IMG/VR virus record: IMGVR_UViG_3300049846_001482
DNA from: an uncultured virus (IMG/VR IMGVR_UViG_3300049846_001482)
Taxonomy: Duplodnaviria; Heunggongvirae; Uroviricota; Caudoviricetes
Reading direction: 5' to 3' (one strand)
Length of the DNA: 64,000 nucleotides
The translations under genes were made by a program, and so were the position numbers. Positions 58,696-64,000 of this stretch are shown here, one piece after another (within the stretch, counting starts at the first letter, position 1; the number at the start of each line of letters is the position of its first letter). The notes below the pieces were generated by a model. That model worked only from the letters and a program-made list of their open reading frames with translations. It was not told the DNA's origin and searched no databases.

Positions 58696-58772
58696 TGGTG
58701 GTGACGGAGGGAATCGAACCCCCGACCTGCGGTTTAGGAAACCGTCGCTCTATCCAACTGAGCTACGCCACC
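58696..58772 (-). tRNA. tRNA-Arg(CCU)
   Basis: Cloverleaf, anticodon loop UUCCUAA, encoded CCA. Confidence 0.93.
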
Positions 58773-58782
58773 GTAAGTATTA

Positions 58783-59130
58783 CTAGTCCATCTTACCTTT
58801 ATATCCCAGCGTGTCAAGCATTTCTTTTTGCTCTTTTCTCTCGTTGAGGATATTGGCAATGACCTTGATGGTGACTGAGACTGGACCCTGTTTGTCATGG
58901 GGAGCCATCAAACCACAGTTCTCCCATGTCAAATAGTCTTTCACGTCAACATGGAGCATCTGCGCCATGGCTTTGGGGGTCAATCCAAACCGCTTGCGAT
59001 GAGCCTTCAATTCAGCTCCAGTCATGACCTCTCTGGGTGTCTCATCAGGAGGAAAGATGCGAGTCCACACATTGTCGATGAACCAGATCCTTGTATGCCA
59101 ATCCAACCACTGGAGAGCCTTGGTCAACAT
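58783..59130 (-). CDS. XRE-type HTH protein
   Basis: [16 protein letters not shown]...MA..L.V....Y..WE motif. Confidence 0.75.
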   Translation of the reverse strand: MLTKALQWLDWHTRIWFIDNVWTRIFPPDETPREVMTGAELKAHRKRFGLTPKAMAQMLHVDVKDYLTWENCGLMAPHDKQGPVSVTIKVIANILNERKEQKEMLDTLGYKGKMD

Positions 59131-59131
59131 C

Positions 59132-59323
59132 TCACACCTTCACTGAGGTTAGGGGAACTTTGTCAAGATCATGCTCTAGTTCATCGGCAGCGGCAATGCA
59201 GTCGTTGGCAACACAAGAGCCATCGCAGTCCGCTTCATCATAGTGAATCATCCCGTCTGGATAATTGTCTCTGATGTATTCTGCAGCTACTTTTAGCATG
59301 TAGATGGCTCTATGTCTGTCCAC
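59132..59323 (-). CDS. hypothetical protein
   Basis: 63 aa; YDEA.CDG.C...DC pattern. Confidence 0.55.
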   Translation of the reverse strand: MDRHRAIYMLKVAAEYIRDNYPDGMIHYDEADCDGSCVANDCIAAADELEHDLDKVPLTSVKV

Positions 59324-59336
59324 ACTGCCTCTAAAT

Positions 59337-59413
59337 TGGTGTCACCGGAGGGATTCGAACCCCCTACCTCCTAGTTCGTAGCCAGGCGCTCTATCCAAAT
59401 GAGCTACGGTGAC
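59337..59413 (-). tRNA. tRNA-Arg(ACG)
   Basis: Cloverleaf, loop CUACGAA, encoded CCA. Confidence 0.95.
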
Positions 59414-59685
59414 GTTAAGTTTTCCTCTGAAACCAACTCTCTTATGAATCGCTCAGTCATCCAAACGAGCTTGTTTTGTCTCTTTGATTGCCTTCTCTCT
59501 TGCTGAGTCCATTCAACCCACGACTTCCTGTAGAGTGGACTGGAGGGCGCTGAGCTATAGCCAATCTTTGGCTTATACATGTAGACAGCATAGACATCAC
59601 TTACCTTCTCGTCCCGCTTCACAATCATGATGCGGTGGCCGTCTTTTTGCCTCAGCCTCTTGCCTAAGATAGAGTCGGGTATCAT
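59404..59685 (-). CDS. hypothetical protein
   Basis: 93-aa ORF between tRNAs. Confidence 0.5.
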   Translation of the reverse strand: MIPDSILGKRLRQKDGHRIMIVKRDEKVSDVYAVYMYKPKIGYSSAPSSPLYRKSWVEWTQQERRQSKRQNKLVWMTERFIRELVSEENLTSP

Positions 59686-59698
59686 GCTAACCTATAAG

Positions 59699-59775
59699 TG
59701 GCGTTGCCAGAAGGACTCGAACCTTCGACCTGCAGGATCGGAACCTGCTGCTCTGATCCACTGAGCTATGGCAAC
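59699..59775 (-). tRNA. tRNA-Arg(CCG)
   Basis: Cloverleaf, loop UUCCGAU, encoded CCA. Confidence 0.93.
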
Positions 59776-59776
59776 A

Positions 59777-60250
59777 TTACGAGTTCTGGTTGGGGTTCTT
59801 GAAGGTCAAGATCTTCTTATGCTTCAAGACAGCCACACAGTCGTCAGACACGAAAAACTCGCCGTTTGGAAAGATCTCCTTGTATTGCAGGAAATCTGGA
59901 ATGGACGACATCTTCTCGTAGAGTTGCGCCATGGTCATGTCTGGTCTGTTGTAGCGGCTGCGGAACCTCAGAAGAGCATGGGAGGTAATCGCAAACCCAA
60001 ACTTGACCAGATTCTCCTGATAAGCCCTCTCCCTGGCCACCTTGACCGCATCTCGCTCAGGGTCAACGTAGGGCTGGTGCTTATTGTTCTGGTGCCAGTT
60101 GAAGATGAACTGTTTGATCATCCCAATGTCTTTTTTCAACTTGATTATCAAAGACCTGTCGTGTCTCTTCTTGGCTTCACGGCACTTGGCGATTGTTTCT
60201 TTCAGTTCTCGGTGTAGATCTGGCAGTTGCAAGTGTCGATAGGGATTCAT
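59777..60250 (-). CDS. hypothetical protein (C-terminal ITSHALLRF..R, RelE-like pattern)
   Basis: 157 aa, GGAG RBS; TTGACA-17-CATAAT promoter at 60278-60306. Confidence 0.6.
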   Translation of the reverse strand: MNPYRHLQLPDLHRELKETIAKCREAKKRHDRSLIIKLKKDIGMIKQFIFNWHQNNKHQPYVDPERDAVKVARERAYQENLVKFGFAITSHALLRFRSRYNRPDMTMAQLYEKMSSIPDFLQYKEIFPNGEFFVSDDCVAVLKHKKILTFKNPNQNS

Positions 60251-60308
60251 CGTGATCTCCAGAGAAAGAATCAGCGAATTATGCCAGTGTAGGTGTTACT
60301 TGTCAAGT

Positions 60309-60500
60309 CTAGTCTGCCTTGTTGTAGGTGAACTCAAGGACTTTCTTATCCTTGCCGTTCCTCTTGGTGTCCTTTATCAAGACCTTTTCTACCGTCAGGA
60401 CATTCCCCAGATTTGAGGTAAGTTGGAGACGCCGTTTCTTAGACTTCACGAACTTGGCTATGTCGGCCGCCCAAGCCTCTGGAAAACGAAGGTCACTCAT
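60309..60500 (-). CDS. hypothetical protein
   Basis: 63 aa, AAGGAG RBS. Confidence 0.55.
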   Translation of the reverse strand: MSDLRFPEAWAADIAKFVKSKKRRLQLTSNLGNVLTVEKVLIKDTKRNGKDKKVLEFTYNKAD

Positions 60501-60516
60501 GACTTGATCTCCTTAG

Positions 60517-60592
60517 TGGTGGAGCTTAGGGGAATCGAACCCCTGACCTTTTCAGTGCGAGTGAAACGCTCTCCCGACTGAGCTAAAGCCCC
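60517..60592 (-). tRNA. tRNA-Ala(CGC)
   Basis: GGGGCUU/AAGCUCC acceptor with G3:U70, loop CUCGCAC, CCA. Confidence 0.95.
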
Positions 60593-60597
60593 AAAAC

Positions 60598-60673
60598 TGG
60601 TGGACAGAGAGGGAGTTGAACCCCCGACACCCTCCTCTTCAGGGAGGTGCTCTACCAACTGAGCTATCTGTCC
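60598..60673 (-). tRNA. tRNA-Phe(GAA)
   Basis: Cloverleaf, loop CUGAAGA, CCA. Confidence 0.93.
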
Positions 60674-60677
60674 AAAA

Positions 60678-60753
60678 TGGTGGAACGGGTGGGGATCGAA
60701 CCCACGACCCAGCGATTAAGAGTCGCTTGCTCTACCAACTGAGCTACCGTTCC
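60678..60753 (-). tRNA. tRNA-Lys(CUU)
   Basis: Cloverleaf, loop CUCUUAA, CCA. Confidence 0.95.
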
Positions 60754-60758
60754 GTATC

Positions 60759-60867
60759 CTCTGGCGGAGGGTCATTCGTGTTGATCGCAGAAGGCTCTAA
60801 TCTCGCCGCTACAGCAGCATAACATACGCCCTCCGTGCCCCAGTATGTCCAGGCGACCTCGCCAGAG
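60759..60867 (-). ncRNA. candidate ~110-nt structured RNA within the tRNA cluster
   Basis: CUCUGGCG/CGCCAGAG terminal stem continued by GGUC/GACC; no credible ORF. Confidence 0.45.
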
Positions 60868-60878
60868 TTTTTATCCTC

Positions 60879-61109
60879 TCAAAGTTTAATAGGTTCTATC
60901 TTGGCTAGCTTTTCAGCCTTTTTTCTCTCTATGCCAAGAAAGTATATGTTGGTTTCTGCCACCATTGCTTTCAAGACTCTGACTCCTAAGTTATGGGGGT
61001 CAGTTGATCCAACTCTGACAAGGCTATTGTTGTCCTCATCAACAGCATGGGTATATCCGAGCCATTCCTTTATTACGAGAGGTTGTTTTTTGCTAGTCTT
61101 GCCTGCCAT
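60879..61109 (-). CDS. hypothetical protein
   Basis: ORF from MAGKTS with GAGG RBS. Confidence 0.55.
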   Translation of the reverse strand: MAGKTSKKQPLVIKEWLGYTHAVDEDNNSLVRVGSTDPHNLGVRVLKAMVAETNIYFLGIERKKAEKLAKIEPIKL

Positions 61110-61123
61110 ACAAACCTCTAAAG

Positions 61124-61199
61124 TGGTGCCACGGGAGGGAATCGAACCCCCGACACTTCGCTCTTCAGGCGAATGCTCTACCAACTGAGCTACCGTGGC
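61124..61199 (-). tRNA. tRNA-Phe(GAA), second copy
   Basis: Cloverleaf, loop CUGAAGA, CCA. Confidence 0.95.
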
Positions 61200-61200
61200 G

Positions 61201-61428
61201 TTATTTCACTAGCTTTACCAAGCCCTGATCTAGAAGTTCTAGGGCTATCTCTTTCGTGAAGTGGAAGGTGGCTCCAGCCTTAGCCATTTTCCGTCCACTC
61301 TGTCCAAGATACTGCGACATGGCTTCTGCGTCTGGATAAAGTATCTTTACCTTGACGCTATCCTTGACCCTGCATCTCTTGGTGAGGAAGTTTGGGTCAA
61401 CCATGAAGTTCAAATCGAGCTTTTTCAC
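61201..61428 (-). CDS. hypothetical protein
   Basis: GTG start with AGGAG RBS. Confidence 0.55.
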   Translation of the reverse strand: MKKLDLNFMVDPNFLTKRCRVKDSVKVKILYPDAEAMSQYLGQSGRKMAKAGATFHFTKEIALELLDQGLVKLVK

Positions 61429-61453
61429 TATTGCTCCTACACTTGATTGTCGG

Positions 61454-61579
61454 TGGTGAGCCGGGTGGGGATCGAACCCACGACCCACGGATTAAAACTT
61501 TTCAAGGACTGAGGAATCGAACCCCATCATCTTACCCTTTGTCCCTGGTCCGTTGCTCTACCAACTGAGCTACCGGCTC
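61454..61579 (-). tRNA. tRNA-Lys(UUU) interrupted by a 50-nt insertion (61498..61547) between C32 and U33
   Basis: Removing 61498..61547 yields a canonical 76-nt tRNA (ACGGA-CUUUUAA-UCCGU anticodon arm, CCA). Confidence 0.88.
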
Positions 61580-61649
61580 ATCACCAAAAATCAAGCTTCA
61601 AAGATACGGTTGCATTTTATACCTTTAAGCGGTATTTTTTGCAACCCCT

Positions 61650-61692
61650 AAAAACACGAAACCCACTCCATCTTACAGAGTGGGTAGTTTCT
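61650..61692 (-). terminator. intrinsic terminator-like hairpin
   Basis: ACCCACUC/GAGUGGGU stem followed by UUCGUGUUUUU. Confidence 0.6.
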
Positions 61693-62064
61693 TGTCAAAC
61701 GAAATCGCCGCCACTCTTATGAGACGTTAGTAAACCTCTTGGCGAATTTTCGGAATGACTGGTACATTGGATCCTCTTTGTTAGTTTGGTAGAACTTTTG
61801 CTGGCTCTACGCCTCGGTGGACGAACTCGCCAAGGGACGATACCCTAGATGACTGTTTTGGCATTGGCCGCTGGGTGGGACTCGAACCCACGATCACCCC
61901 TAGACGGGGCTGCTTTAGCCACTGAGCTACCTGCGTCCTAGCCTCTGTCACCGCAAACTTGTCGGCGGTCCCATGCCGTTGGGATTACTCTGGCTACCCT
62001 GCTCAAACCGGGGAAAGTCCTCTTGGATTTCTCCAAGCCCCTAATCCAGACCGCTATCTTCTAT
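61650..62064 (-). ncRNA. candidate ~400-nt structured ncRNA containing a degenerate tRNA-like domain (~61865..61936)
   Basis: ORF-free, bounded by a promoter and a terminator; several hairpins plus an 11-bp long-range stem. Confidence 0.6.
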
Positions 62065-62070
62065 AGACGT

Positions 62071-62098
62071 ATTGTAGCAGAAATTAGTTCCTTGTCAA
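62071..62098 (-). promoter_or_regulatory. sigma70-like promoter
   Basis: TTGACA-16 nt (ending TGC)-TACAAT; contains the upstream TGA stop. Confidence 0.7.
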
Positions 62099-63232
62099 GA
62101 ACTTTTTTCGTTTAATTTTAATTTCTCGAACATTGCCTTTGCTACTTCCTTTGAATAAGCATGCCTTTTTCTGATTATGTCCATCGCCTCTCTCTCGCTC
62201 AATGGATTACCGTTGCTATCGTACATTTTCTGGGTATCAAGTCCGTATTTCTTCAACTCGGCCTCATCATAGTCAAAGGCTTGGACCTTTTTGCCATTGA
62301 GCCATTGATCTCTCTTCAAAACACATCTCCTCTTTCTACCTCTTCTGGCATCGGCATTTCCTCAAACCCTTCTGGACAATGCTCTCCGCTCCAGATAAAA
62401 ACCGTTCCTACGGGTATTGGGTTTTTAGGCTCTATCTGAGTCACCTTTCTGATCAACCTATAGCCTTTTTCTTGCCAATCTAAAAGCGTTCTAATATCTC
62501 TCGGATAGAAGTTAGCTATCTTTCCATGCTTCTCAAAATGAGCATGCCAATCTATCCTGAATCTTTTGTTTTTGAGCCAGTCTATTCTATTCATGACTTA
62601 GGCTTCAGTTTGGGTGTCTTTTCGATGGGCTCTTGGGCATCTTCCCAAGACACACTCCACCCTTCCCCGACAACCTTTCCACTCTCTACTACTTTGACTT
62701 CGCCCTCAGCTATCTGCTTGAGGACTTCCATGTAGCGTGGATCTTCAGGCGTGATCTCTTCCCAGTACTTTTTAGGCACTGTGGCTGGGTCATATTGCCT
62801 ACCTTCGATCCAGTCTTTTCTTTTCATAGTGGAGGAAACCTATCGAAATGTTCAGTCATGACTCTCCAGCCATTCGGAACCATGCCACCTGACCAGAAGG
62901 CCACATATCCTGGCGGGATGAGGTCGTCATCCGTGGATGTTCTTTGAATAAGAACAAATCCATATTGATTTATCTGTTGGGTGACATTGTGAGCATGAAC
63001 AGAGACCCAATCAACAATTTCCCTTGGGGCTCCATTCAACCAATCACTTCTTTTCATGGAACTCTGGGAGAAACTGTTGGATATTTATCTGTACTGTCTC
63101 GGTCCAAACAATGGGATTGCCGTCTTTGTCAAACCCAGTTGGCTTCATGTCGCCACTGAACTTTGTCTCTATGTTGATCTCTGGAACTCTCTGAGTCCAG
63201 TGATCTCCCCGCACCCATTGTGACCTATTCAT
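62095..63232 (-). CDS. five tandem small tagged ORFs: 62095..62319 MKRDQW, 62316..62594 MNRIDW, 62591..62827 MKRKDW, 62824..63057 MKRSDW, 63044..63232 MNRSQW
   Basis: ORF track; overlapping starts and stops; shared N-termini. Confidence 0.7.
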
Positions 63233-63369
63233 CGTGGTCTATCCTCCCCCATCCGTCAGGTATCGGCTTATCTTCTGGCCAATATCGGGCAAAGTCTCTC
63301 TTTCATGTCCTGACGATAAGGATGTAGCCAAGGGCTTTTGGTCCTGGCTCCCAATACTTTCAGCTCAGC

Positions 63370-64000
63370 TTAGTTTTTGGTTTTCCCTGCAACCAGTCGT
63401 AGCGTCTCATCGTTGATCCTCTTGAGAGCCTTAGCAAAGTATTTGCTATCTTGCTCAATGCCGATGAACTTTCTGTTGGTCCTGACAGCCGCTACACCAG
63501 TGCTGCCTGAACCCATTGTGTTGTCTAGAACCGTGTCACCTTCGTTGGTGTAGGTCTTGATAAGGTATTCACACAGTTCAACTGGCTTCTGCGTTGGGTG
63601 GAACTTCTCAGGGTTGTCGTTGTTGATGACGGGGAACCTGAGGACCGAAGATGGATACCTTTCGGTAGAGCCACCACCAGAGACACCCAACTTGGTCTGT
63701 CCGTAGTTGTTACCATCGCTGGTGTTCTTGACGAACTTGTGGACGGGTGGATGTCCAGTCGTCTTCTGTGGGTGGTAGGTTGGTGTCTTTCGGTAAAAGA
63801 CCAGAAGATGCTCATGCTTGCGTAGTGGCATCTTCTTTGCATTCAGAAAACCAGTGCTTTTGTTCTTCTCCCAGATCCAATCGTAACGAAACTCTTTTGG
63901 ATTGCTGGAGACCATGATGCTTGCAAATGGCTGAGCTGCAAAAAGAACGATAGCGGCAGATGGTTTGCAGACTCTCGTGTAGGCAGACCAAAGAGCCACA
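63370..64000 (-). CDS. site-specific DNA methyltransferase (N4-C/N6-A, beta class), 5' part outside the window
   Basis: WIWEK, HE..LVF, HPTQKPVEL, VLD.TMGSGSTG, R.FIGIE motifs. Confidence 0.93.
   Translation of the reverse strand, partial: VALWSAYTRVCKPSAAIVLFAAQPFASIMVSSNPKEFRYDWIWEKNKSTGFLNAKKMPLRKHEHLLVFYRKTPTYHPQKTTGHPPVHKFVKNTSDGNNYGQTKLGVSGGGSTERYPSSVLRFPVINNDNPEKFHPTQKPVELCEYLIKTYTNEGDTVLDNTMGSGSTGVAAVRTNRKFIGIEQDSKYFAKALKRINDETLRLVAGKTKN

Noticed and set aside
60616..61488. ORF-track extensions overlapping tRNAs (60616..60822 +, and the 5' parts of 60879..61184 and 61201..61488)
   Set aside because: They are translations of tRNA sequence; downstream starts with RBSs were chosen instead.
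61498..61547. Group I or archaeal BHB intron
   Set aside because: 50 nt is too short for a ribozyme core and no bulge-helix-bulge is evident.
61865..61936. Amber-suppressor tRNA(CUA) and stop-codon recoding
   Set aside because: The loop GUCUA is not a canonical 7-nt anticodon loop and the acceptor is defective. Known enzymes are full length in code 11, and TAG, TGA and TAA all end genes.
62005..62060. RNase P RNA (GGGGAAAGTCC on the plus strand)
   Set aside because: No matching P4 3' strand or room for the rest of the RNA; the promoter is on the opposite strand.
167..63232. Tat signal peptides as the explanation for the N-terminal tag
   Set aside because: Mostly a single Arg, with no hydrophobic h-region or cleavage site.
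1..64000. Bacterial chromosome origin
   Set aside because: Housekeeping-like genes are isolated among many short unknown ORFs on one strand, with phage-typical PhoH, RNA ligases and interspersed tRNAs. A large phage is more likely, although no virion genes are in the window.

Overview
Segment of a large (jumbo-type) dsDNA bacteriophage genome. It has densely packed, almost all minus-strand genes with 1-4 nt overlaps, AGGAG-type RBSs, sigma70-like promoters, dozens of short hypothetical ORFs and a tRNA cluster. No capsid, tail or replication core genes fall in the window. Recognisable cargo: (1) PhoH; a terminase-like ATPase lacking its nuclease domain; PPase; SLOG; CapA-like phosphoesterase; two DNA methyltransferases; PARP-like ART; R2K ATP-grasp; HD alarmone-hydrolase-like protein; receiver domain; radical SAM. 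(2) A tRNA/RNA repair set: Pnkp, Hen1, two more RNA ligases, Thg1, Pth2, MnmA. (3) A complete four-enzyme deamidating NAD+ salvage route: PncA, PncB, NadM-Nudix, NadE. Most unusual observations: a tRNA-Lys(UUU) whose anticodon loop holds a 50-nt tRNA-mimic (acceptor stem plus T-arm); about 25 unrelated ORFs sharing an N-terminal M[KN]Rxx[FWY] tag; a triple covarying RNA hairpin array leading a TerD-domain gene; a structured RNA with ~7-nt periodicity after a DIP1984-like gene; and a ~400-nt promoter-to-terminator RNA with an embedded degenerate tRNA. All calls come from reading motifs by eye; no database searches were run.
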